From assembly GCA_963714975.1 (NCBI GenBank), contig CAVQQD010000003.1:96001-160000 (forward strand): 64,000 nt of DNA. The letters run 5' to 3'. Shown piece by piece: positions 32,618 through 42,742 of the stretch. The position numbers were made by a program, and so were the translations under genes. The notes under the pieces were generated by a model. It had not been told where the DNA came from, searched no databases, and saw nothing but the letters and a program-made list of their open reading frames with translations. Each line of letters begins with the position of its first letter. The first letter of the stretch is position 1. The DNA is from an uncultured Gammaproteobacteria bacterium (GTDB lineage Bacteria > Pseudomonadota > Gammaproteobacteria > JAURND01).

Positions 32618-34873
32618 ATGGCTATTGATAATGATGCTTCAGATCAATCCCCATTGCTGCGATTTATATCCCAGTACAAATTTTACCTGACTGCATTTAT
32701 CCTTAGTTTGCCTATTGCAGGCTTAGTCGGTGGGCTGTATGGGTTTCCAGCAATTTTCGCTACTTTCGATTATCTGTGGTTGGCTACGTATGTGCTAACC
32801 GGTGGGGCGGGTTTGGCTTTGTTACAGGGTATGGTCAACTCAATTAAAAATCGGTTTTCGCAGTCTGAATATCAGCGTCTGCAGGATTCAGAAAATGACG
32901 AAGATGAGGCTGGCTCCCAACAGCGTGTCGATTGGTCTCAATATCGCTATTTGATCACTGGGTTTATTCTTAGCTTGCCTGTTTTTGCATTAATAGGCGG
33001 CTTGTATTGGTTTCCAGAGCTCTTTGTTAGCTTTACTAATCTTTGGCCAGCTATTTATGTAGTAGCCGGTAGCGCCAGTTTAGCTTTGTTGCAGGCGCTA
33101 GTGAAGGCCGTTGGCTCTTATTTGGAAGAAGAGGAAGTAGAGTTTGATGTTGCTGTCGAATATGCAGATTTAAACCTGGGAAAGGTATCTTTGCTCCCAG
33201 ACTCCAAGTCTGAAGGGAATTTGGATGGGACTCAAACTTTAGAACAGCCGTATCGTCCCTGTGAGAAGGTTGGGGAGGTTAAGGAGCAGAAACAAGACAC
33301 AGTAGCTCCTGCTCAATCACCCAGCTCCGCAAGTTCTTCTTCCAGTTCTCAGCAAATTGCACTATCAGCGCTATCCACTTCTCCAACTACAGCTTCTTCG
33401 TCAGCGACGTTTGATCAGGCATTAAGTTCTGCAACTAATAAACTACCATCCTCGCATATACCAATTATTGCAATCGATTCAGAATCATATAATCACGATT
33501 TTCCTGATGATGATCCATATGATTCTGATCTAGATATTCCCAGCACGAATCCATCGAAATTTGACGAGCAAGAGGATTTGTTTCCCCTTAATCCATCTTC
33601 AGTGGGAAATAAGCTTGATCAATTAGCTGAGATAAAACAACGATCAGCGGATAAAAGTATACCCAATCTAAAAGATTTTAATCCTGAGTCATCTCTTTTA
33701 TCTGAATCTAAGCAGGATGATGGCCTAAATACTGGGGGAAATTTTTTTAGCACTATTAAAGATGGGGTTTCTTATGTGGGTCGGGAAGTTATGGGGGGTT
33801 TTTACCAGCTTGGGAATGGGCTTACAACTGTAGGGTCTCAAGTGGGGCAAACTGTTAAACAAACAACTACTAAAATTGTTACTTCTGCTGTCGTTACTGT
33901 TGAAGGAGCAGCAGGTGTATTGAAAGATACATTAGTTGATGCAGTGGGGCAAGTATTTGAGTCAGAACCAGAACCCGCCAAACTGAAAGATGCTGAAACG
34001 ATTCTTGGGGAAATTCGAGCTTCGTTAGGGAAGTTTGAGGATGATCAAAATTATCACCATTTATTTCCTTTATTTCAGAAGCTAAAAATAAATTCTTTAA
34101 TTTTACTGTCGTATGAATATAAAAATTATGAACCTGCTAAAGCACTTGAAACTAATATGCAATCAATATGGTTTGCTTTGAATAGCCTATGTGGGGGCGA
34201 CATTTTAAGAAAAAATAAGGAGGAAATATGTGGGATACCAAGGGAAAAGATTCAGCGAATGATGCAAGAGCTACATAATATTTTAGATTTTGCATCAATA
34301 AACGTTCAATTGCTCAGTGCAAACTGCTTGAAGAATTTTTTCGAAGAAGTTCGAGCTTCGTTAAAGAAATTTCAGGGTGATCAAAATTTTCAACATTTAC
34401 TCCCTTTATTTAGCAAGTACTTAGAAAATTATGAAATTTTAAAATCATATAAAAATTCGCAACCTGCTAAAGTACTTGAAGCTACTATGCAAGCAATATG
34501 GCATGATTTGGATAAGATCTGTGAAGCTTTAAAAAATGAACAGATGAAGGCGGATAGGTTAAAGCAAAATTTGGGCCTGATAATTGGGAAATTAGACGAG
34601 TGCTTGGATCTTGCTTTTTCTAGGGTCGAACAACTCGTTGGTGAAACCCTTGCTGGGAAGGAAGGGCCTCCTGGTAGCTCTTGGAAATTGGTAATGACGG
34701 CTTTACATGGTTGTGAGGCGAGTTTAACTATTCCTTTTACAGTGGGCGATGCGAAGAAGTTGACCGATGCAGAACGAGGGACCTTAATTTTATCACCTAC
34801 TTCTGCCAGCGTTGATGGTTCTAGTAATGGCTTCCTCCCAGGAGGTCGAGATCAATTAGTGATGATGGTGTGA
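32618..34873 (+). CDS. Hypothetical membrane protein with a duplicated TM hairpin, Ser-rich linker and duplicated helical domain
   Basis: SQYKFYLTAFILSLP / SQYRYLITGFILSLP and EIRASLGKFEDDQNY / EVRASLKKFQGDQNF duplications. Confidence 0.75.
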   Translation: MAIDNDASDQSPLLRFISQYKFYLTAFILSLPIAGLVGGLYGFPAIFATFDYLWLATYVLTGGAGLALLQGMVNSIKNRFSQSEYQRLQDSENDEDEAGSQQRVDWSQYRYLITGFILSLPVFALIGGLYWFPELFVSFTNLWPAIYVVAGSASLALLQALVKAVGSYLEEEEVEFDVAVEYADLNLGKVSLLPDSKSEGNLDGTQTLEQPYRPCEKVGEVKEQKQDTVAPAQSPSSASSSSSSQQIALSALSTSPTTASSSATFDQALSSATNKLPSSHIPIIAIDSESYNHDFPDDDPYDSDLDIPSTNPSKFDEQEDLFPLNPSSVGNKLDQLAEIKQRSADKSIPNLKDFNPESSLLSESKQDDGLNTGGNFFSTIKDGVSYVGREVMGGFYQLGNGLTTVGSQVGQTVKQTTTKIVTSAVVTVEGAAGVLKDTLVDAVGQVFESEPEPAKLKDAETILGEIRASLGKFEDDQNYHHLFPLFQKLKINSLILLSYEYKNYEPAKALETNMQSIWFALNSLCGGDILRKNKEEICGIPREKIQRMMQELHNILDFASINVQLLSANCLKNFFEEVRASLKKFQGDQNFQHLLPLFSKYLENYEILKSYKNSQPAKVLEATMQAIWHDLDKICEALKNEQMKADRLKQNLGLIIGKLDECLDLAFSRVEQLVGETLAGKEGPPGSSWKLVMTALHGCEASLTIPFTVGDAKKLTDAERGTLILSPTSASVDGSSNGFLPGGRDQLVMMV

Positions 34874-34897
34874 CCCTCACAGAAGTTTCATTTCTGC

Positions 34898-37291
34898 TTA
34901 TTTGTGAATGCGCTTTTTTCGGATACGCGCATGAGCAAAATCTTCTAAACATTCTTCTACGCGAGCGTGGATACTTCCTTTGGTGAATTTTTCATCTTTG
35001 CCGCGTTTCCCAGCGGGTAAGCCGGTCAATAAAGTAATCGCCTCATCAATATTGTTAACTGGATAAATATGGAATTGTTTTATGGCAGCGGCCTCTACCA
35101 GGGATCGTTTGAGCATTAAGCTTTTTACATTGGCTTGCGGGATAAGCACTCCTTGGTCTCCAGTCAAGCCATTAATGCGGCACACATCAAAAAATCCTTC
35201 AATTTTGTCGTTAATGCCGCCGACTGCTTGCATTTCACCAAATTGGTTCACTGAGCCGGTGATGGCTAGGTTTTGCCTCACCGGAGCTTGAGCTAAGGCA
35301 GATAACAACACACATAATTCTGCTGCCGAAGCACTATCGCCTTCAATCATGCCGTAAGTTTGCTCAAACACTAGACTGGCGGTCAGTGACAAGGGTTCAT
35401 TTCTCAGAAATTTCCCACCAAGATACCCTGTTAAGATGAGGACTCCCTTAGAATGAATAGGGCCGCTTAAATCCACTTCGCGTTGAATGTCGATCACATA
35501 GCGGTCGCCACAGCGCACTTGTACGGTAATGCGCGAGGGGTGGCCAAAAACAAAATTAGCAAATTCTAATAATGAGAGACCATTGATTTGTCCAATTCTT
35601 TCTCCCGTCGTAGAGATTAAAATGATCTCTCGTCCAATTTCTTCATAGGCTAGGGTGCGCAGTCGTTCGAGGCGATTTTCTTGTGCTGTAATGGCTTGCT
35701 GCACGTCCCCTTCGGTTACGAGTTTGGCGCCACGTTGCGCAGCACAGTAGCTAGCTTCGCGTAGCAAATCATAAATAGGGCGGGTATGTGCCGATATTTT
35801 TTCGATATCTTCAATAATGCGTGTGCCGTAGTCAATAACATTGGCAACGGCGTTACGATGAAATGGCAGTAATTTATCTTTCGTGCCTAGTGTTGCAATC
35901 AGTTGCGCATAAGCCTGTAAATTTTCAGGACTGCGTTCAATTTCTTCATCAAAATCGACAGCCACTTTAAATAAGTCATCGAAATCCGGATCGAGGCTTG
36001 CTAACCAATAGTAAGTCATGCGGTCCCCTAATAACACCACTTTAACATCGAGAGGAATTGGGACTGGATCGATTGAAAGCGTACTATACATTCCTACCAT
36101 GCGTTCAGGAAGTTCGGTGATAATTTTTTGTGTTTGTAAAGCTCGCTTCAAACCTTCCCAGGCATAGGGTTCGGTTATTATTTTCATGGCATCAATGATC
36201 AAATAACCACCATTGGCTTTATGTAAAGCTCCTGGTTTGATGAGGGTAAAGTCAGTGAATAAAGCACCATATTGTACGATGTGATCAATGCGGCAAATTA
36301 AATTCGAATAAGAAGGCAAATCTTCATAAATAATTGGAGCTCCTTCTGCGTTAGTATTGTCTACTAAGACGTTCACTTCATACTGGGAACTGGAAAATTG
36401 TTCGCTATTGGCTAGCTTCAAGCGTCCTAGTTCAGCGCTTTTTAAAAAATCTTGCACATTAAAAATAATATCGTGCTGTACCTCATTTAGATACTTAACA
36501 ATTGCTGGGAATTTTCTATATTTCGTTTTCATGTCATCAATGAAGTGTCCCACGGCTAGCAGGGTGAATTCCTTTTTGGCCTTATTCTCTTTTTTATGTC
36601 GTTGTTTATGCAGTCGTGGAATTTGCTTTAAAAACTCAGTAAGCCGGCTGGTATATTCAGTAATTAATGCTTCTTTTTCTTTGCGCTGTTTTTCCGCTAA
36701 TTTGGTGAAGTCAGTAGTTGTCATGGCTTCACCTTTTTGGTTAACCGGTACCACGGTAAAACCTTCTGTTGAGGGTAAAATAAGTAATTGGTGTTTTCGT
36801 GCATCTGTACTAATTTTTTTCAATAATCTTTCTTGCTCTTGATTAAATTCCTCGCTAATTTTTTGTATTCGAGCGCGGTATTCATCACTTTCAAAAATGA
36901 CTGGGATGGAGATATGCAGATCGTCTACCAAGATCTGCATATCTTTACGAAATTCGCAGCCTAATCCAGCAGGCAATTCAACTGCAATAGGTTTTTCCGG
37001 GTCGTCGAAATTATTAATATAGCACCAATCGGCAGGGGCTGGCTTTTTTATTGCTTCATTTTCTAGAAACTGGGTTATCATGACGCGCTTGCCGACGCCA
37101 GCAGGTCCCATGGCAAAGAGATTGTAACCCTGGTTTTTAATATTTAAGCCGAATTGGACCGCTGTGAGCGCGCGTTTTTGGGCTACAAATAGCGTAGGAA
37201 TATGCAGCTCTTTAGTGGTTTTAAATTTAAAAATCTTAGGATTAGTGACTTGTCGTAGTTTATTTGCAGGCAAAGCAGTAATTTTTTTCAT
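34898..37291 (-). CDS. Lon-like ATP-dependent protease (AAA domain plus S16 C-terminal domain)
   Basis: GPAGVGK, GALHKANGGYL, GPIHSKG, EGDSAS (catalytic Ser) and KIEGF (catalytic Lys). Confidence 0.9.
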   Translation of the reverse strand: MKKITALPANKLRQVTNPKIFKFKTTKELHIPTLFVAQKRALTAVQFGLNIKNQGYNLFAMGPAGVGKRVMITQFLENEAIKKPAPADWCYINNFDDPEKPIAVELPAGLGCEFRKDMQILVDDLHISIPVIFESDEYRARIQKISEEFNQEQERLLKKISTDARKHQLLILPSTEGFTVVPVNQKGEAMTTTDFTKLAEKQRKEKEALITEYTSRLTEFLKQIPRLHKQRHKKENKAKKEFTLLAVGHFIDDMKTKYRKFPAIVKYLNEVQHDIIFNVQDFLKSAELGRLKLANSEQFSSSQYEVNVLVDNTNAEGAPIIYEDLPSYSNLICRIDHIVQYGALFTDFTLIKPGALHKANGGYLIIDAMKIITEPYAWEGLKRALQTQKIITELPERMVGMYSTLSIDPVPIPLDVKVVLLGDRMTYYWLASLDPDFDDLFKVAVDFDEEIERSPENLQAYAQLIATLGTKDKLLPFHRNAVANVIDYGTRIIEDIEKISAHTRPIYDLLREASYCAAQRGAKLVTEGDVQQAITAQENRLERLRTLAYEEIGREIILISTTGERIGQINGLSLLEFANFVFGHPSRITVQVRCGDRYVIDIQREVDLSGPIHSKGVLILTGYLGGKFLRNEPLSLTASLVFEQTYGMIEGDSASAAELCVLLSALAQAPVRQNLAITGSVNQFGEMQAVGGINDKIEGFFDVCRINGLTGDQGVLIPQANVKSLMLKRSLVEAAAIKQFHIYPVNNIDEAITLLTGLPAGKRGKDEKFTKGSIHARVEECLEDFAHARIRKKRIHK

Positions 37292-37295
37292 AAGG

Positions 37296-39764
37296 CTACC
37301 TCTTTGACCTCGTTCCGGTAGGATGCCGGTTTGACGTCGTCCCGGCAGGATGCCGGGATCTCAGGGATGCAAAATTTTCACTTCCTTGTGAGCTGGTTTT
37401 CAGCTTCCCTGCTGGAATGGCGCCTAATTTCAACCAGGTTGCAACAATGGTATCGGCACTTAGGGAAATACTATGAATTCCTTGATCTACTAGCCATGCC
37501 GCCAAATCTGGATGATCGGAGGGCGCTTGTCCACAAATACCAATATATTTATTAGCGCGATTGCAGGCTTGAATGGCTTTTTTTATAAGTAGCTTTACCG
37601 CTTTATCTCTTTCATCGAACAGAGGCGCCACCAAAGAGGAGTCACGATCTAAGCCAAGTGTTAGCTGGGTTAAATCATTCGAACCAATCGAAAAACCATC
37701 CACGTGTTCTAAAAATTCCTCGGCGAGCAAAGCGTTGGTTGGTATTTCGCACATCATATAGATTTTTAGGCCGTTAGTTCCACGTTTTAGCCCAGATTTC
37801 CGCATGAGGGCGATCACGCTTTTGAGCTCTTCTACCGTGCGCACGAAAGGCACCATGACTTGCGCATTCGTTAATCCCATGAGATTACGAACCCGAACAA
37901 ATGCTTGGCATTCGAGTGCAAAAGCTTGGGAAAAATTCGTTGAATTATATCGGGAGGCCCCACGAAAGCCGAGCATGGGATTTTCTTCTTGTGGTTCAAA
38001 TAATTCGCCGCCAATTAAATTGGCATATTCATTCGATTTGAAATCAGAAAAACGAAAAATAACTTCTTTAGGAAAAAAAGCCGCGGCAATTGTAGCAATG
38101 CCTTCTTTTAGTTTTTCAACATAAAATTCCACTGGATCGCCGTAGGCTGTAGTGTGTTGGGCAATTTCGTGACGTAGAGGTGATTTGAGTTTGGTGAAAT
38201 TTAATACCGCATTGGGATGAATGCCAATCGTATTGCTAATGATAAATTCTAAGCGTGCTAATCCTACTCCATCATTGGGTAGGTATTGATAGCTAAATGC
38301 TTTCCCTGGATTGCCTAAAATCAAACAAAGCTTCACGGGCAATTTCGCTAATTCTTTGATATTTAATTTCTCAATTTGATAGTTTAATTTGCCAGAATAG
38401 ACAACGCCGGTTTCGCCTTCGCTGCAGGAAATGGTGATGGCTTGATTTGCTTTGATTAGGCTGGTGGCGTTGTTACATCCGACTATGGCTGGAATGCCTA
38501 ATTCTCGCGCCACAATGGCGGCATGGCAGGTGCGTCCCCCTCGGTTAGTGACAATCCCGCCTGCTTGCTTCATGATGGGCTCCCAATCTGGGTCGGTCAT
38601 ATCGGTGACTAAGATTTCATTTTTTTGTAAGGAGCGCGTACTTTTGGGATTGGTAATAATGCGCGCTGACCCTTGACCAATGCGTTGGCCGACGCTGCGT
38701 CCCTTGATGAGGATGGGCCCCTTTTCTTGCAGATGATAGCGTTCTAGGGTGGCTGATTTTGTCCGTTGGCTTTGTACGGTTTCAGGGCGTGCTTGAACGA
38801 CGTACAATTGTTGGTCTACCCCATCCCTGGCCCATTCGATATCCATGGCTTGGCCATAATGGTCTTCGATTATTTGTGCCTGTTGGGCAAGTTGATGAAT
38901 CTCTTGGTCATTTAGACAAAATTTCTGTCTTTGCGCCGGGGGTACCGGAACTGTTTTTGTAGAAAATTTATAATTTTTCTGTGTCCCATAGATCATTTTA
39001 ATTTTTTTATCGCCTAACTGGCGACTAATGATCGCACTTTTGCGATAGCGCAAGCTGGGTTTGTGAACACAAAATTCATCAGGACTAACGCGCCCTTGTA
39101 CCAGCATTTCACCTAGGCCATAAGTGGCGGTAATGAGGATTACCTGATCGAATCCTGATTCGGGATCTAAGGTAAAGATCACCCCACTGGCGCCTTTGTC
39201 ACTGCGCACCATCGATTGAATTCCTACCGAAAGGGCGACTTTATCGTGTGGAAAGTTTTGGTGTTGGCGATACGAAATAGCTCGGCTAGTGAATAAAGAA
39301 GCAAATACTAATTTAATTGCGTGAATAACATTTTCTATTCCCTTGATATTTAGAAATGTTTCTTGCTGGCCGGCAAAGGATGCTGTGGGTAAATCTTCAG
39401 CTGTGGCAGAAGAGCGGACTGCCACGGTTTTGTTTGGCATTTTTTTGTAATAATCAAAAATATTTTCCCTGAATTTTTTACTAAATGGCGTGGATATTAT
39501 CCAGCGCCGAATTTGTGCACTGTTTTTATTCAAGGCTTTGAGGTTGCTAACATCGGTATTTTTGAGGAGATGGTAAATTCGCGCATCTAAATTTTTCTGG
39601 GCTAAAAAATCACGGTAGGCTTTGGTGGTGGTGGCAAATCCTGAGGGGACTTTAATGCCTTTAGCAGATAAATATTGGATCATTTCTCCTAAAGATGCAT
39701 TTTTTCCGCCGACTTGTTGAATATCCGCTGAACCAATATCTTGTAATGCCACAATATATTTCAT
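37296..39764 (-). CDS. ppsA: Phosphoenolpyruvate synthase
   Basis: VGGKNASLGEM, RSSATAED, GGRTCHAAI and FSIGSNDLTQ. Start trimmed to MKYIVAL. Confidence 0.96.
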   Translation of the reverse strand: MKYIVALQDIGSADIQQVGGKNASLGEMIQYLSAKGIKVPSGFATTTKAYRDFLAQKNLDARIYHLLKNTDVSNLKALNKNSAQIRRWIISTPFSKKFRENIFDYYKKMPNKTVAVRSSATAEDLPTASFAGQQETFLNIKGIENVIHAIKLVFASLFTSRAISYRQHQNFPHDKVALSVGIQSMVRSDKGASGVIFTLDPESGFDQVILITATYGLGEMLVQGRVSPDEFCVHKPSLRYRKSAIISRQLGDKKIKMIYGTQKNYKFSTKTVPVPPAQRQKFCLNDQEIHQLAQQAQIIEDHYGQAMDIEWARDGVDQQLYVVQARPETVQSQRTKSATLERYHLQEKGPILIKGRSVGQRIGQGSARIITNPKSTRSLQKNEILVTDMTDPDWEPIMKQAGGIVTNRGGRTCHAAIVARELGIPAIVGCNNATSLIKANQAITISCSEGETGVVYSGKLNYQIEKLNIKELAKLPVKLCLILGNPGKAFSYQYLPNDGVGLARLEFIISNTIGIHPNAVLNFTKLKSPLRHEIAQHTTAYGDPVEFYVEKLKEGIATIAAAFFPKEVIFRFSDFKSNEYANLIGGELFEPQEENPMLGFRGASRYNSTNFSQAFALECQAFVRVRNLMGLTNAQVMVPFVRTVEELKSVIALMRKSGLKRGTNGLKIYMMCEIPTNALLAEEFLEHVDGFSIGSNDLTQLTLGLDRDSSLVAPLFDERDKAVKLLIKKAIQACNRANKYIGICGQAPSDHPDLAAWLVDQGIHSISLSADTIVATWLKLGAIPAGKLKTSSQGSENFASLRSRHPAGTTSNRHPTGTRSKR

Positions 39765-39780
39765 GATGGTTATCCTTAAA

Positions 39781-39826
39781 TTCCTTCTCCCTTTGTGGGA
39801 GAAGGTGCCGAATGCGGATGAGGGGT
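39781..39826. repeat. Family A REP upstream of ppsA
   Basis: CCTTCTCCCTTTGTGGGAGAAGGTGCCGAATGCGGATGAGGGG. Confidence 0.85.
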
Positions 39827-40033
39827 GAAGCTTCAATATTCTCTCTCTGCCCAAACGAGGACATTATAATTAGTTTAGCAATTTTTGGTGATTTTGCTCG
39901 CAAAAATCTATTAGCTTGCAACCCCAGTTAAAGTTCAGTATCCTAGCTTCACCCTTTTAGGATAAAAAAGAATAGGAGGAAGGGATCGCCGATTTGGATT
40001 AATCATCCATTATCTAATAATAGTTGAAATAAA

Positions 40034-41353
40034 ATGTCGGTGGCATCGCCAGAGAAAAAAAATACAAATAATAATATCTATACCCAACTTTCTTCTTCTG
40101 TGTATTCTTCTGTGTGTTCTTTTTTTGTACGATGTTCTCCTATTAAAAAACTTGATAATAAACCCGCTTTGGTGGCAGAAGAGCGTAAGCCTTCATTTGA
40201 AGACAACTATAAAGTATTTATCAAAAACATTCGTGGTAATAAGCTCGATAATTTATCTTCCTTAATTCAAGGATGTGAAAATGATTTTAGAAACTCACTG
40301 CTCAATGATCAAAATTTAGATTTGGATACAAGAAACAAATCCCTAAGTATATGGATTTGTCACGTAGCCAACAAAAAACCTTCTTCTGATAAACTCGCTT
40401 ATCCTTTGAACCTAGCCTTAGAAGCTCTTACTGAAACCTCAGCGAATGCGCATCCTCCTCCTTATACTGACTCCTTGCAGGAGCTTGTAGTTGAGTTATG
40501 TTGCTTTAGTGAATTGGGTAAACCTCTAAAACAACGAAATCCGAAATTGGCAGCGGTGAGCCAGGGACTTTCTTTATGGACTGCGCGCAATCAAATTTGT
40601 TACTGGCGTAGGCTTCATGCCATCCTTTGCAATAAATATCCAAAAATACAAGAGCAAGAGATCACTGAAAAAATATCAGAATTGATTACCTATCGAATAT
40701 TGCATAACTTGTTTGATAATTATTGGCATCACGAATTAATGAATGAAGCGAGGTATGACCAAGGAAAAAAGGCTCAAGAAAAAATCGTCAAAGCATTAGT
40801 AGAGAGTTGGGAAAAAAATCGTTTTGATGATTTTAGAAACTTGATATCGAGAACTCAAGAGATTGATCTGGCAATAGAAGCTAAGTATTCTAGCGTGAAT
40901 TCTAAAGTAAAGCGCGATACAATCGATGAAGCATTAATCAATTGTGATTTATTATCGGGTACTGATACTTTGAAGCGGAAAAAATATGCCAAGGGTGGAG
41001 GGGGTATTGTTTCATGTGGGGCATTAGGCGCAGCCGGGGCGAGTGTTTTTTCTGACGATGCCATGGAATATTTTGATATTGATCCTGGAGAATTGGCGGC
41101 TTATTTCTCTACTATAGGTCCTGGAACTATTATTACCATCCTGTCTATTACTTTTAAGCAATTAAGTAGTTGGTATGTTTTTTCCAATCCAATTGCTCGT
41201 CAATGGTTTCTATTTTTTGCTGAGCCTATTTCGCCTTTTTCTTCTGAGCTAGATGATGATGCAGTTAGTCAGAAAGTGCAGCAAGACAGCAAAGAGCCGC
41301 AGAAGTCCGATGTATTAAATCCAATAATTCCCCCGTCCGTTTCATCAAGATGA
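40034..41353 (+). CDS. Hypothetical protein with C-terminal hydrophobic segments (effector-like orphan)
   Basis: AT-rich 439-aa ORF; no family recognised. Confidence 0.7.
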   Translation: MSVASPEKKNTNNNIYTQLSSSVYSSVCSFFVRCSPIKKLDNKPALVAEERKPSFEDNYKVFIKNIRGNKLDNLSSLIQGCENDFRNSLLNDQNLDLDTRNKSLSIWICHVANKKPSSDKLAYPLNLALEALTETSANAHPPPYTDSLQELVVELCCFSELGKPLKQRNPKLAAVSQGLSLWTARNQICYWRRLHAILCNKYPKIQEQEITEKISELITYRILHNLFDNYWHHELMNEARYDQGKKAQEKIVKALVESWEKNRFDDFRNLISRTQEIDLAIEAKYSSVNSKVKRDTIDEALINCDLLSGTDTLKRKKYAKGGGGIVSCGALGAAGASVFSDDAMEYFDIDPGELAAYFSTIGPGTIITILSITFKQLSSWYVFSNPIARQWFLFFAEPISPFSSELDDDAVSQKVQQDSKEPQKSDVLNPIIPPSVSSR

Positions 41354-41440
41354 CGTGCCCGATTGCGTGCCCGCGCCCGTGCCCGATTTTTTCGTCAATT
41401 TCAAACACGGGCACGGGCGCGGGCACGCAATCGGGCACGT
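41353..41440. repeat. Perfect 33-bp-arm palindrome built from GTGCCC units between convergent genes; possible bidirectional terminator
   Basis: ACGTGCCCGATTGCGTGCCCGCGCCCGTGCCCG, 22-nt loop, then the exact reverse complement. 21 bp of one arm recur at 6615-6635. Confidence 0.85.
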
Positions 41441-41466
41441 TTAAATCTATGGTATCCGCTGAATAG

Positions 41467-42663
41467 TTAGTCCGACTGCAAGGTTTTAATTGGGTCCAAT
41501 TGCGCTGCTTTATAGGCAGGGTAATAGCCAAAGAAGATTCCTACTAAGACGGACACCACAAAACCAATGAGTACGGGGAACGTGTAAAAATGAAACGTCC
41601 ATTTGCTGGCAACGGCAATGATAAAAGAGGCGGCAACGCCAAATAGGATGCCAATCAGGCCGCCAGCCAGGGTTAACACAATAGCTTCAGTTAAAAACAT
41701 CCGTTGAATGTCTCGGCGTTTTGCCCCCACTGCCATCCGAATGCCAATTTCACGACGGCGTTCAATGACTGAGACCAGCATAATATTCATGACCCCAATA
41801 CCGCCGACAATGAGGGCAATGCCGCCAATCGCTCCTAACATCAGGGTGAAAGTGGCACGTTGTTTTTGCATACTTTCGATCAGCTGCTTTGCACTGCGGA
41901 AGAACGGTTTAGCATTAGGAGATGCTTTTTTAAGTGCTTGTTCAATCGATTGCTGGACTTGATCAATATTGGAATCAGCTAGCAGTTTAAATAAGATATT
42001 ACGAATTTGGGTGTATTGATTTAAGGTGAGGGAGGCTTGAATAGGGACTATCACCGCACGATTTAATTGCGAATACATAAACATATTATCTTCGGTAGGA
42101 TTTGCAATGCCTACCACGGTAAAAAAATAATTGCCGACGCGGATTTGTGAACCGATTGGGTTATGAACTCCTTGTTCAGCAATGGCTTTAGCAATTTCGC
42201 TACCTAAGACAGCAAAATATTGTTCTTTATCCAGCTCATAAATAAAACGTCCTTTGGCTAGAGTTAGTTTTAGAATATCGGCCAAGGTTTCAGTAGCGCC
42301 AATCACACTACCATTGATCGATTTTCCTAAATAGGAAATGGGTGAGTAATCTATCGCATACGGTGCTGATAATTGCAGGGCTGGATTTGATTTTCGAATC
42401 GTATTGACTTGAGTGAGCGTTAATTTTTCCATTGGGTTTATTGGTGCAGTTGCCTCATTTTCAATCGTCACGGCTAGCAATTCCGTGCCTAAAGTTTTAA
42501 GTTGCGCCAGTGCATGTTCAGTGGCTAAGTGTCCACTAGAAACTAAGGCAACTACTGAGGCAGTGCCTACTAATATGCCTAGCAAGGTGAGCGCAGAGCG
42601 CAGCTTATAGAGCCAAAGATTGCTCAGTGACTCGAGGATGTGTTGCGAAAAAATGTAGCGCAT
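41467..42663 (-). CDS. MacB/FtsX-type ABC permease
   Basis: KLRSALTLLGI, GGIGVMNIMLVSVIERRREIGIRMAVGA and GYYPAYKAAQLDP. Confidence 0.93.
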   Translation of the reverse strand: MRYIFSQHILESLSNLWLYKLRSALTLLGILVGTASVVALVSSGHLATEHALAQLKTLGTELLAVTIENEATAPINPMEKLTLTQVNTIRKSNPALQLSAPYAIDYSPISYLGKSINGSVIGATETLADILKLTLAKGRFIYELDKEQYFAVLGSEIAKAIAEQGVHNPIGSQIRVGNYFFTVVGIANPTEDNMFMYSQLNRAVIVPIQASLTLNQYTQIRNILFKLLADSNIDQVQQSIEQALKKASPNAKPFFRSAKQLIESMQKQRATFTLMLGAIGGIALIVGGIGVMNIMLVSVIERRREIGIRMAVGAKRRDIQRMFLTEAIVLTLAGGLIGILFGVAASFIIAVASKWTFHFYTFPVLIGFVVSVLVGIFFGYYPAYKAAQLDPIKTLQSD

Positions 42664-42674
42664 TTGTTATAATA

Positions 42675-42725
42675 CCCCCTCTCCCTAACCCTCTCCCACC
42701 AACAAAAACGGTTGGGGGAGAGGGA
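42675..42725. repeat. REP-like palindrome (family A variant)
   Basis: CCCCCTCTCCCTAACCCTCTCCCACC...GGGGGAGAGGG. Confidence 0.7.
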
Positions 42726-42742
42726 ATTTTTAGTGCACCTTC

